From the NCBI RefSeq assembly GCF_030684315.1, contig NC_081392.1:744001-808000 (forward strand): 64,000 bases of DNA, read 5' to 3'. The notes beneath the pieces were generated by a model. The model saw only the letters and a program-made list of their open reading frames with translations. It was not told the DNA's origin and made no database searches. The stretch is from Stegostoma tigrinum (taxonomy: Eukaryota). The translations under genes were made by a program, and so were the position numbers. This document shows, piece by piece, positions 39,851 through 52,895 of this stretch; the stretch's first letter is position 1, and each line of letters starts with the position of its first letter.

Positions 39851-40955
39851 AGCGTGAGACGGCAGAGTTTTCTTCTTAATAGGCTAATAATCTCCTTATG
39901 TGGCTATGAGTTCAAATCCCATCTTTGCCCAACCATGTTTTATATTTTAGCATGATCTCCATTTGGAACTCCACTCTGCTCACCAATTCCCTTTCCTTTC
40001 CCTTTCTTTTCTCTTCTTCTTTTCTCTCTTCTCTGCAATAATTCTATCCCCCCTCCTGCCTGTTTAACTTTCTACTTAAGGAGACAGGAAGGAGCCAGGT
40101 CGCAACCGGGAACCGCATGGTGGGACCTCAAAGCGCCAGCCGTGTATTGCAGCGACGGTGGATTGAGTGTGAGCCAAAGAAATATGAGTGGATCAAGAGT
40201 GGCCGTTTCAGCATTGAGAGAGGGCTGGTAAGGCAGCGGCTGAAAGAATAGGCTAGTGTGGCAGCAGCAATTGGCAGTGAATGCAGGCCCGTGAGGCAGC
40301 ATCAGTTGGCGGTGACAGCGGGCAGATGACGGGGCAACAGCGGCAAAAGCAGACCTTTCACAAGGTGGTGGCAGAGGCCCGCTAGGTGTCCTCACAATTG
40401 GAGTGGCTTCTGCATAATTGTGGAGATAGAACTTGGGACTCTGAGATCTGGACTTATTTTCTTGCTTACTCTTTGGTAATCTTCCGTTAAAATCTTTTAA
40501 TTCTGGTGTTTGTAACACTTTCGCTGTACTAATGTATTCTTATGCATAGTACATTGGACTAATAAATAAATCTAAATCTAAATACATCTGGAATTGCTTT
40601 TAAAACAGCTATTATTAATGACGGTGACTAGTGTCTAAATAAATGGTTCATTATGTGCTTTAGTAAAAAGAAAACAACTCTCATGAGCCAAGTCATTCAG
40701 CTGTGTCAAAGTTGCTATAAGAAGTGATAATAGATTACCCAAGTGACATTCAAAAAAAGCAAATATGGAGGAACTGAAACAATTGTTCACTCCTGTCTGG
40801 CATAAAACTAAATGAGAAAGATGGTCCGATGATAGCTTAGGAATGATGTCAAATCTAAGGAAAGAACATTCAAATTGGAAAAAGAAAACAGCAGACCTGA
40901 GGATTGGAAGCAGATTAGATTTCAGCGTATGAAGGTAAATTGATTGAAAACGAGG

Positions 40956-41195
40956 TAGAAACTAGACTATAAAATGTGAGGCTGGATGAACACAGCAGGC
41001 CAAGCAGCATCTCAGGAGCGCAAAAGCTGACGTTTCGGGCCTAGACCCTTCATCAGATGAAGGGTCTAGGCCCGAAACGTCAGTTTTGCGCTCCTGAGAT
41101 GCTGCTTGGCCTGCTGTGTTCATCCAGCCTCACATTTTATTATCTTGGAATTCTCCAGCATCTGTAGTTCCCCTTATCTCTTAGAAACTAGACTA
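40956..41195. mobile_element. Penelope-derived fold-back insertion with 14-bp TSD and hammerhead motif
   Basis: Near-perfect palindrome centred near 41055. TAGAAACTAGACTA at 40956-40969 and 41182-41195. Intact hammerhead core on the - strand at 41029-41056. Confidence 0.85.
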
Positions 41196-41199
41196 CAAG

Positions 41200-44100
41200 T
41201 GTAAGATTGTAGGGACATACAAACTGACGGTAAAAGCTTCTGGAGATATGTGATGAGAAAAAATTAATGAAAGACAAATTTTGGTGCCTTACAATTATAA
41301 ACAGAGGAAGTTATAATAGGGAACAAAGAGGTGGCAGACTAATTAAACACATAATCTGATTTTATCTTCGCAAAGGAAGACACAGATATGCCCCAAAAAT
41401 ATCTGCATTCTGCCTTTCAGAGACAGATGTATGAGGTCACCCAGGTGTCATTGAACCTCCCCTTCCCCAACTTATTGCCATTCAAATAATAACCTGCCTT
41501 CTTGAATTTGCTACCATGGTGAATAGCATTACATTTATACATATTATACCTCAACTGTCATACATTTTCTCCCTCACTCAACTTGTCAAGTTCACCATCC
41601 TCTGTGTACTTCACCTTTCCACTCATCTTTGTGTTGTCAGCAAACTTGGATTTATTACATTTAGTTTTCTCATTTAAATCATTAACATACATTCAGCAAG
41701 GTCATTGGGGTCATTTAAGAGACTGCTGGACATGTATATGGTCACAGAAATTTGAGGGTGCATACATGAGGATCAATGGTCGGCACAACATTGTGGGCTG
41801 AAGGGCCTGTTCTGTGCTGTACTGTTCTATGTTCTATGTTCTATTGTCATTAGCATGTAAAATTAAAGTGCATGGGATTGGGGGTAGTGTACTGACATGT
41901 ATAGAAAACTGTTTGGCAGACAGGAAAGAAAGAGGAAAGGAATAAATGGATATTTTTGAGTGTCAAGCAATAGCGTGAGGAATACCACAGGGAGCAGTGC
42001 TCAGACCTCAACAATTTGAGCACAGGAGTGGGGATATCTTGCTACAATATTTACAGGACCTCAGTGAGACCATATGTGAAATAATGTCTGCGACAAGATT
42101 AGAATGTTCTGGCTATGGAGCAAGTGTAATGACAGTTTGCCAGACTGATTCCTGGGATGGCAGGATTGATGTTTGAAGAAAGACTGGATCAGTTAGGATT
42201 ATATTCACGGACGTTTAGGTCTCAGAGAAACCAATAAAATCCTAACAGACTAGACATGGTAAACTCAGGAAGGACATTTCTGACGACTGGAGTCCAGAAC
42301 CACGGGTCACATTTTAAGGTGATAGGATAGGCTGTTTGGGCCTGAGATGAGAAGGTATCTTTCCATCCAGACAGTGATGAAGCCTTTAGAACTCTCTACT
42401 AAAGAAAGTGGTTGAGGCTAAAAGATAGAATGTTTTCAATAAATGGTTTGTAAAAAAAAAGCAAGAGTGAAATGGAAAATAATGTTTTCACTCAGCAAAT
42501 AATTAAAGTATGGAATGCACTTCCGTGAACTCACAGAGTCCAAGTCATACAACATAGAAACATGCCCTTTCGCTCACTATGTCTATGCCAACCAATAAGC
42601 TCCAAACTTATCTTATTTTCCTGTATTTGATCCATAGCCTTCTATGCACTGGCACTTTATGTGCTTGTCCAGATGATTCTTCAGTGTTTCAAGAGTCTCT
42701 GCCTCCATCATCATCTCAGGCCAGACTTTCTATATTTCTACCACCCTCTGCATGAAAACATTTTTCCTCGGATCCCTTCTAAGTTATTTACCCCTCATCT
42801 TAAATTTATACCCTCTGGGCTGAGACACGTAGAGTCATTTAGCACGGAAACAGACCCTTTAGTCCAACTGATCCACCCTGACCAGCCATCCCAATCTGAC
42901 CTAGTACTATTTGCCAGCATTTGACCCATATCCCTCTAAAACCTTCCTATTCAAATACCCGTCAGATGTTTTTTAAATGCTGTAATTGTATCCATCTTCA
43001 CCACCTCTTCTGGCATTTCGTTGTACATACGTACCATCCTCTACATGAAAAGGTTACTCCTCAGGTCCTTTATAAATCTTTCTCCTCTCACCTCAAACAT
43101 ATGCCATCTAGTTTTGAACTCTCCCACCCTTGGATATTCACCCGACCCATGTCTCCCAGGATCTTATAAACTTCTATAATTTCACCTCTCAGTCTTCAAT
43201 GCCCCAGGAAAAAAAAACTCAGCTATTCTGCCTCTCCCTTAATCTCACACCCTCCCATCCAATGAACAACCTTATAAATCCTTTCAGCAGCCTCTCAAAT
43301 TTAGCAACATCCTTCCTGTAGAAGGGCAACCAGAACTGTACACAATATTCCAAAAGTGACTTCATCAATGTTTTACCATGGAGAAAAGATTCTCACAATC
43401 TACCCTGTCTTTGTATCTTATAAATTTGCATACCTCAATCAGATCCACTCTCAGCCTCCTCTGCTCCAGGGAAGCAAACCTAGTCAATCCAATTTCTCCA
43501 TATAACTGAGACTTTCCATCCCAGGACTGGTGAATAACCTTTGCACCTTCTCCAGTGTAATCACATCCTTCTAACAGTCTGGTGACCAGAGCTACACAGG
43601 GTGTACATCTGTTGCCTAACTAATATTTCATAAAGTTGTAATAAGACTTCCTTGCTCCTACATTCTTTTTACCAGTTAATGAAGATAAGCATCTCTATGC
43701 CTTTTCACCACTCTATGTACCTGTGCTAATGCCTTCAAAGGCCTACAGATTTGTATACCAAGGTTCCTTTGCTCCTCAGTAATCTCCGGACACCTGCCAT
43801 TCACTGTGCTTGTATTTTCCTTACCGTACCTCACAAATTATGTCACCTCGCACTGAACATGATTCCGCCATTGCTCCCAATTTACCAGCTGATCAATGTC
43901 AGACTGTAGCTGGAGACAGTTTTCATGCTAATTTTACTTTCTATATTCAGACCCATATAATTAATGTACATGACAAAAAGGATCCCATCATCAGCCTGTG
44001 TGATACATTGCTGGCTGCAGGCTTCCAATCACAAATATAACACTATACCATCTTCATTTGCCTCTTATCTGCAAGCAAATTTTGGATCCAGCTTGCCAAT

Positions 44101-45330
44101 TTGCCTTGTATGCCATGGGCTCTTATCTTTTGGATCAACCTTCCATGTGGAACTTTGTCAAAGATCTTACTGATGTTCATATAAACCACACCAACAGCAC
44201 TACCCTCATCAATATTTTTAGAGAATTTTCAAAAACTCAAATACGCTAGTCAAACAGGACCTCCCTTTATCAAATCCATGCTGATTATTCCAAGGTTTTG
44301 GAGTAGATTTGTAGCTCGGTTGTGGGCTTTGAGGTTGGTTGGCTTGCTCAGCTGGTTTGGTGTTCCGCAGAAATTTCTTTACCATGCTTGGTAACATGCT
44401 GATTATCCCTGATCAACCTCTGCCTTTCCAAAAGTTGAATAGAATTAGCATTAGAATATTAGAATATCCCTTATTGTCACCAGAAGTAATCCTATCCCTC
44501 ATAAATTTTTCCAATAATTTTCCTACCCCTGTTGTCAGATTGATTACTCTGTAATTACCGACCAATACCCACTGACCTTCTTGAACAAAGGAATCACATT
44601 AGCAATCCTCCAATCATCTGGCACTCTACCTGTGACCAGAGTACTAATTGTCCCTGCTGGGGCCCAAGCTATCTCTTCCCCCACTTCCCATAGTAGCATG
44701 GGATCATCAGACTCTAGCAATATATGGACCTGTATGTCTGCTCAGACATCAAATATAACTTCGTTATCAATCTTAACATAATCTAGAATCTCACTATTCC
44801 AATTGAAATCTCCAGCAACAATGTCTTTCTCTTTTGTGAATACAGATGATAAATATTCATTCAACTCCTCACTCTCATCCTCTGGTTCCACACACAGAGT
44901 GCCCTTTGGTGTCTAACAGGCTGTACCATTTCCCTGGTAATTCTTTTGCTCTTAATATACTTTTAAAATGCCCGCAAAGTGTGGTGAAGGCAGGTTCAGT
45001 TAAGACATTCATTCACAAGAGCATTGCATAATTACTTGGATAAAAAGAACGTGCAAGAATATGGGGAAAAGCCAGGAAGTTGGCAACACATAATGATGTT
45101 CATTTAATGATCTGGCACAGACACATGAGCCGAATGATTTCTTTCTGCACACTATGACTGTGATTCTGAGGAGCAGTTAGATATCATTCTTAGGGCTAAG
45201 TGGATCAAAGAGTATGGAAGAATGCAGAAACAATAGGCCACAGATTTTGCTGCTAACCCAGGATCATATTGAATGGTGGGGCAGCCTTGGAAGACAAAAT
45301 GGTTTAGTTTTGCGCTTATTTTCTATACAT
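41200..45330. mobile_element. Nested degenerate CR1 fragments, both orientations
   Basis: Multiple CR1 RT and 3' UTR pieces, including a (GTTCTAT)n tail near 41840. Confidence 0.7.
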
Positions 45331-46734
45331 CCAACCTTCTGAGGAGAAAGAAGGAATGGACATTCAATGTTGTACTTCCCAGCTACATACCATGACTTAA
45401 AATAGAAAATACCAAATGAAATAAAAAGGCCTCAACACAGATTTTTATACGTTGACATGTCTCTAATTGCTTGCACGTGCTACAGTTCCCTCATTAATAT
45501 CACTACATTTCAGGATACCTGTAAATCCTAAACTTGTATGTACAACAGTCAAATGTGTCTGCTATGCTACTCTCTTCAAGTACTTGTGTCTCTTTATACC
45601 AGTAATTCATACATATCTTGAGTGTATTACTTTCCTGTATTTTGAGCATTTTTTTATAATAACATATCCAATTAAGGCTCTGTATCTAATCTGTTTTCCT
45701 TGATACTGTTGGTGTACATCAAAACTTGCATCTGCTCTATATTTGCTTCAGTGACAGATGCCCCTCCTATTACATTTGCAAAGACTGAAACCATTATCTT
45801 CCCTCCCCTCTCTGAACTGTTTTCTCTCAATCTCTCTCCTTGGCATCAGTCTAAGACACAATCTTCATGCCATATTTTACTGCAAGTTTCTATTGAGTTT
45901 CAAAACACATATTTATGCCATCCATTATGACTATGACCTTATTAGAATGTTTCTATCCATCTCAGCTCACCAATTGCTGACGTTCTCATGAATACCTTTG
46001 CCAACCGCACTCTCGACTAAGCTAAAGGCCTATTGGGAGGTTGTGGTATTTTGGTCACCATGACAAACGATGAAAACGTTATCCTGTAAAAATCTGAAAT
46101 AAAAAGCTAATCTAATGGCAAGTTGTAGTTGATTATCCTGAAAATCCATCCTTTTCACTAATGTACTGTAGGGAAGGAAATCTGCCAATTTTGCCTGGCC
46201 TAGTTTACATGTTGTTCTACACCCGCAGCGCGGTTGACTGTTACTTGCCCTCTGGGTAATTAGGGGCTGGGCAAAACCTGCTGGCTTAGCCAGCCATGCC
46301 AAATGCATTGAACAAGTAGAAGCACACTGGTTTCCCACATTCTATTTCTGCCATAGGCTTACTTCTGCTATGGCTCCCTCCACAGCAAACTGGTGGTCAT
46401 CCAAAATCTACTCCACCCTCCGCCCCACGCCCACCCGTCCTAATTCACAGCAAGTGCAATTCTCCATGACCCTCATTGACATACATTGGCTCTCGGTCAA
46501 GCAACTCGAATGGAATGAACAACAGAATGGAAATTATTGAGTCAGCAATGAAGTATTTTTGTAACATTTTACGGGTGAATTTGCAAAATTACTTTAAAAT
46601 CGATTTACAATTTTAGGTTGAGGCCCAGTGATATTCTCGCAAGAGATAATCCAGAGACAACAGATATAATCATCCCAGGCATCTGGGATCAAATCTCTGC
46701 CATGGCAGATGGTGAAATTTTAATTCAATAACAC

Positions 46735-48775
46735 ATAGAACAATACAACACGGTACAGGTCCTTCAGCCCATGATGCTGTGCTGATCTTTTACCCTAATC
46801 CTAAAGTCTATCTAACCCCCACCCCTACCTTACACTATCATCCATATGCCTATCTAATAGCTGCTTAAATGCCCCTAATAAGGCCAACTCCACTACCCTC
46901 TCAGCAATGCATTCCACATTCTGACCACTCTTTGAGTAAAGAACCTACCTCTGACATCTCCCTAACATCTACATTCACTCACTTTAAAACTATGCCCCCT
47001 CGTAATAGTTACCTCTACTCTAGGAAAAAAGTCTCTGCCTGTCTTACTGTATCTATACCTCTGATCATTTTGTACACTTCTATCAAGTCACCTCTCATCC
47101 TTCATCGGATGAAAAGAAAAGCCCTAGCTCTCTCAACCTTTCCTTGTAAGGCCTTCCCTCCATTCCAGGCAACAACTTCCTCCAAATCATTTACAAAAAT
47201 CACAAGTAGAAGAGGACCCAGAACAGATCCTTGTTGTACACCATGCATAACTGAGCACCATGTTGAATATTTTCTGTCCACTACCACCCTTTGTCTTCTA
47301 AGGGTCTGCCAATTCTGAATCCAATCTGCCACATTTCGCCCTATCCCATGCTTCCGTATCTTCTGCATGAGCCTACCAGGGGAGCCTTATCAAATGCCTT
47401 GTTTAAATCCATGTATACCACATCTGCTGCTCTACCTTCATTCACATGTTTGGTCACCTCTTCAAAGAATTCAGTAAGGTTTGTGAGGCATGATCTACCT
47501 GTCACAAATCCATGCTGGCTATCTCAAATCAAACCGTGCCTTTCCAATTCATCATAAATCCTATCTCTCAGAGCACTTTCCAATAACTTGCCCACCACTG
47601 ACATAAGGCTAACTGGCCTTTAATTTCCAGTGTTATCTCTATTCCCTTTTTTGAACAAGTGAATGACGTTTGCCTCTCTCCAATCTTCCAGCATCATACC
47701 TGTGGACAGTGAGGATTAAAAGGTCATCACCAAAGGCCCTGCATTCTCTTCCCTCACATCCCATAGAATCCTTGGATAAATCCCATCAGTCCCAGGGTAC
47801 TTATCCATCTTCAAGTTCCTCAAAATTCCTAGTACTTCTTCCTTACTAACATTGACTTCCTCTAGCCTACCAGCCCGTTTCACACGGTCCTCCTCTACAA
47901 TTAGGTCCCTCTCAGTTGTGAATACCAGAGGAAAGTATTCATTAAGGACTTCTCCTATCTCCTTCAGCTCCATGCACAAATTCCCCTTACCATCCTGGAT
48001 TGGCCCTACCCTTTCTCCAGTCATTCTCTTATTCCTCACATATGTGTAAAAAGCAGGGCGGCATGGTGGCTCAGTGGTTAGCACTGCAGCTTCACAGCAG
48101 GTTCGATTCCAGTTGCGGGTGACTGCCTGTGTGGAGTCTACACATTCTCCCCGTGTCTGCATGGGTTTCCTCCAGGCGCTCTGGTTTCCTCCCACAGTCC
48201 AAAGATGTGCAGACTAGGTTGATTGACCATGCTAAATTGCCTGTGGTATTCAGGGATGTGTGGGTTATGGGGGGGATGGGTCTGGGTGGGATAATTCAAG
48301 GGGCAGTCTGGACTTGTTGGGCCAAAGGACCTGTTTCCATACTGTACGGAGTCTAATCTAATCTAAGCCTTGTACTTTTCCTTGATCCTATCTACCAAGG
48401 TTTTCTCATACCCCCCTTATAGCTCTCCTAAGCCCTTTCTTCAGCTCCTTCCTGGATAACTTGTAACCTTCTAGAGCCTTTTCCATTCCTTGTTTCCTTA
48501 CAAAAACATCCTTCCTCCTCTTAACCAGTCATTTGACCTCTCTTGAGAATGAAGGCTCCCTCACTTGACCACATCTTCCCTGCCTGCTATGGACAAACAT
48601 ATCGAGCACACACAGTATGCTTTCCTTCAACAATCTCCACATTTCAATAGTGCTCTTCCCTGACAGCACCTGTTCCCAATTTATGTTACCCAGCTCTTGT
48701 CTAACAGAATTGTAATTACCCTTCCCCCACTTATAAACCTTACCCTGTTGTATGTACTTATCATTTTCCATGACG
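46735..48775 (-). mobile_element. CR1 LINE with internal deletion, interrupted by an HE1-like SINE (48055-48365, +)
   Basis: RT/tether peptides (QQGSVLGPLLLVIFVNDL, AFYTYVRNKRMT). Deletion junction near 47172. Confidence 0.88.
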
Positions 48776-49459
48776 ATGGAATTAAAAATCTAATGGTGAC
48801 CATAAGCCCATTGTCGATTGTCAAGGAAAAACCATCTGATTCACTCATGTCTTTTCAGGAAGGAAACTGCCTCTGTTACCTGGCCTGTCCTACTTGTGAC
48901 TCCAGATCCACAGCAATGTGTTTGAGTCTGAACTGCCTTCTGTGCAATTAGACATGGGCAATAAATGATGTTTGGTCAGTAACGTTCTCATTCCGTGAAT
49001 GAGTAAAGAAAAGAATTAATAAAAGACCAGAAGAGAAAACGAGAACTTTTTTCAGGATCTGGAATGCACTGTCGGAGACTGTGGTGGGGCAAGTTCAGCA
49101 GGGAATTAGATTCTTATTTGAAAAGGATCTACGTCCAAGGATGAGAAGGCGGCAAGGAAATAACTAGAGGTAATTCAATCATAGGGAGAGCAAGCACGAC
49201 ATAATGCGCTGAACTGATACATTTCGCGTTGAAAAATTCTGTAATACTGTCATTTTTATTTTGATGCAAGCTGTTGACATAGAATACACAGTCTGAAAGC
49301 AGTTTCAATAATAATTCAGAAACAGATTTGCATGTGTAATTGCAATTAAAAAGTTCATCGGCGCTAACAGGACAGAACAGGGCGTAGGGCGAAGGGCATG
49401 TTGTATAATCTACAATATCGCCTTTTACTTTCCGTCATAATTCCCAGTACAGATTACCG

Positions 49460-50370
49460 TCCATCACTCCCTCTCTCTCGCGCTCTCTCTCTCTCAACGC
49501 CCCCTGTCGTTTCTGCATGTGTGTGTTCCTTTCCTTTTCCTTCTGCTCTTCCTCCTTGCTCTCTTTGTCTCTCCCTTACTACGGGCTCTCTTTATTTTCT
49601 AGCGTCTTTGTTTCTGCATTTGTGTATGCCACTCTGTCCTTCCGTTCGGTTCTACCTCTAATTCTGTTTCTGAGTGCTTCTTCCACTTTCTGTCTCTGAG
49701 TCTTTCTAAATCTGACTGCATCGTTCTCTCATAATATCTTTTTCTCGTTTTGTTATTTTCAAACACTCACTTAATCTCTTCTTCTGTTTCTTATAACTTT
49801 CTAACTACCTATCCACTCCTCTCGCCTTTTCTTTCAGTTTATATTTTTTTTCTTGCTATTTTCCCTCTCTATTTACCAAAATGCTTTTTTTTTTTCTGTT
49901 TCTACTTTCTTTTTGTCCGTATTGTGCTTCTCCATCTTTTATCTTTCTTGCTTTCTCTGTCGCTGTTCATCTCTTTTTTACTTTTGTTCTGTGTCTTTCT
50001 CACGATCTCTCCCTCATTCTGTCTTTTCTTTGGTCTTTTTGCTCTCACGGCGATCTCTTTATACGATCTTCTTTCTTCCTGCTAAAGCCCATACTTTTAT
50101 TCTCTCATTCTATTTTGCCGTCTGTTTTTCTTTCTGAATGCCTATCGCACTTTTTCTGCTTGCCTACTGAAATCTATTTGTCTCTAATTCAATGTTCATC
50201 ACTCTTTCTGTCTCTCTCAGACAATCCCTTGATCACTGCCTGCCACTTCGTTCAGTCGATCATGCGTTCATTTTTTTCTCCATATGCCAATAATCTTTCG
50301 GATTATCTCTCTCCGTTTATAACCCTCTCTATCATTTTACTATTCTTCTTTCTTTCTCTCACTTTGTTCA
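49460..50370 (+). repeat. Pyrimidine-rich low-complexity tract
   Basis: About 900 bp of CT-rich sequence. Similar tracts at about 34940-35620, 37310-37580 and 39980-40070. Confidence 0.85.
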
Positions 50371-50693
50371 TCACGAGGGAGGGATGAAAATTCAGAGATG
50401 TTGAATGCAGGACTGTGGTAGCACCTGTACCATCACCTCACCCCTCTGCAACTTTCCCTGGATTCACTGCCGTTTTTTTACAGGAACCTGATGGTGCTTC
50501 GACCTTGCGAACAAATGACTGAAGTTTTGACTCTACATTTCAGCAAACTCTCTTGATACTCCTCATGACTTGATTTTTGACACCAGGACAGTGACGGTGT
50601 ACAGGTAAAGGGAGTTTTGTGGGGAGCAGTGAAATCGGTACACTTTTTTCCTGCCAGTGTATGTTGCTTCCCTACCCACTCCATTGAAAGACA

Positions 50694-50865
50694 GACACAA
50701 AGCTACGAAACAACAAGGTGCAGAGCTGGTTGAACACAGCAGGCTAAGCAGCATCTTAGGAGCAGAAAAGCTGCTTGGCCTGCTGTGTTCATCCAGCTGC
50801 ACACCTTGTTATCTCGGATTCTCCAGCATCTGCAGTTCCTATTATCTCTGACACAAAGCTACGAA
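50694..50865. mobile_element. Short Penelope-derived fold-back insertion with 16-bp TSD
   Basis: GACACAAAGCTACGAA at 50694-50709 and 50850-50865. Inverted arms, with the central hammerhead region deleted. Confidence 0.8.
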
Positions 50866-51699
50866 CTTGTTTTAAAATCCAACTTGCTGTAGTTACAATA
50901 TAACCCGCATTTATGTAATATCGCGTACACTTCTCGGGATCCTAATACGATTAAATATTGACGCTAACTCTCGTGAAGAGACAATTCAACATGTTATAAA
51001 CTGAGTTGGGCAATTTAAGAAACCATAGTCAAGGGGTCGCGGGGGAGATATCAGAAGTTTTGAGAAGGAGCTCACTCATATGAAAGCAATAGTCTTGTGC
51101 TGATTTACCTTAACCTTCAGAGAACCCTGAACTCGGGCTCCATTAACGTCATCTACCTTTTGACATGTTGTTCAACTGCCCTAAATTCTTTCATTTTGGC
51201 TCATTGCCGTAGTTCTGTTGGATAAGCTCCATGAAGCGCCATGAGACGTTTGTCAATGTTAAGGAAGACATATCCGTTCAAATTGCCTTGAAGCATTTAT
51301 GGTTTCGAAAGGAGGGATGTATAGCAGGTGGAGTGATACATTTTCTGACACTGAAAGACTTTATAACAGGTGGATATTTCTTGAAAATAATAGCGAGGCC
51401 ATTTATAGGCGAGGTTATGAATATTTTATGCTTGTGAGGGTCTCCTCATTCTCTACCTTCGAATTACTGTCCATCTATTTCTGTACAACCTTGGACATTC
51501 TCATACCGCATGCCCTTCTCTACCCCAGCCTTCCCACCCAACCCTGAGATCCCTCGCCGCCTGTCTCCCTACTCTCCTTTCTTTCGATGTATCCTCCTCC
51601 ATCTAAACCCCCATCAATGAGTATATTTTAAAGTAAATCTCACTTACGTACGCCTACTTGTCCCTCATGAATGCAACTGACATGTCACAGTATGATTGA

Positions 51700-52895
51700 A
51701 GATCTCAATGTGAGGAGAACGCCCTTGACCGCGTCTCCCGCATTTCCCGCAACACATCCCTCACACCCCGCCCCCGCCACAACCGCCCGAAGAGGATCCC
51801 CCTCGTTCTCACGCACCACCCCATCAACCTCCGGATACAACGCATCATCCTCTGACACTTCCGCCATCTACAATCCGACCCCACCACCCAAGGCATTTTT
51901 CCATCCCCACCCCTGTCTGCTTTCCGGAGAGACCACTCTCTCCGTGACTCCCTTGTTCACTCCACACTGCCCTCCAACCCCACCACACCCGGCACCTTCC
52001 CCTGCAACCGCAGGAAATGCTACACTTGCCCCCACACCTCCTCCCTCACCCCTATCCCAGGCCCCAAGATGACTTTCCAAATTAAGCAGAGGTTCACCTG
52101 CACATCTGCCAATGCGGTATACTGCATCCACTGCACCCGGTGTGGGTTCCTCTACATTGGGGAAACCAAGCGGAGTCTTGGGGACCGCTTTGCAGAACAC
52201 CTCCGCTCAGTTCGCAACAAACAACTGCACCTCCCAGTCGCAAACCATTTCCACTCCCCCTCCCATTCTTTAGATGACATGTCCATCATGGGCCTCCTGC
52301 AGTCCCACAATGATGCCACCCGAAGGTTGCAGGAACAGCAACTCATATTCCGCTTGGGAACCCTGCAGCCCAATGGTATCAACGTGGACTTCACCAGCTT
52401 CAAAATCTCCCCTTCCCCCACCGCATCCCAAAACCAGCCCAGTTCGTCCCCTCCCCCAACTGCACCACACAACCAGCCCAGCTCTTCCCCTCCACCCACT
52501 GCATCCCAAAACCAATCCAACTTGTCTCTGCCTCCCTAACCTGTTCTTCCTCTCACCCATCCCTTCCTCCCACCCCAAGCCGCACCTCCATCTCCTACCT
52601 ACTAACCTCATCCCACCTCCTTGACCTGTCCGTCTTCCCTGGACTGACCTACCCCCTCCCTACCTCCTCACCTATACTCTCCTCTCCACCTATCTTCTCT
52701 TCTCTCCATCTTCGGTCCGCCTCCCCCTCTCTCCCTATTTATTCCAGAACCCTCACGCCATCCCACTCTCTGATGAAGGGTCTCGGCCCGAAACGTCAGC
52801 TTTTGTGCTCCTGAGATGCTGCTTGGCCTGCTGTGTTCATCCAGCCTCACATTTATTATCTTGGATTCTCCAGCATCTGCAGTTCCCATTATCAC
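51700..52895 (+). mobile_element. 5'-truncated Penelope-like element (GIY-YIG endonuclease end plus pLTR)
   Basis: ORF 52069..52539: FTCTSANAVYCIHCTRCGFLYIGETKRSLGDRFAEH..VANHF..QEQQLIFRLGTLQPNGIN. CpG-rich, which suggests a young copy. Ends in the repeat shared with the fold-back copies. Confidence 0.93.
52768..52800 (+). ncRNA. Minimal type-I hammerhead ribozyme motif in the Penelope pLTR
   Basis: CTGATGA (52770-52776), A, GGGT/GCCC stem II, GAAAC (52790-52794), GTC cleavage triplet. Helix III is reduced to palindromic ACGT. Confidence 0.75.

Noticed and set aside
40956-41195. Fold-back repeats as a CRISPR array or rho-independent terminators
   Set aside because: Eukaryotic DNA, dispersed copies with no spacers, and sequence shared with the Penelope terminal repeat.
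49398-50387. Hydrophobic F/L/S-rich ORFs (also 35148-35699 and 37340-37591)
   Set aside because: Translation artefacts of pyrimidine low-complexity tracts.
50484-50604. Exon-like segment with good acceptor and donor on the + strand
   Set aside because: Stops in all three frames and no recognisable product.
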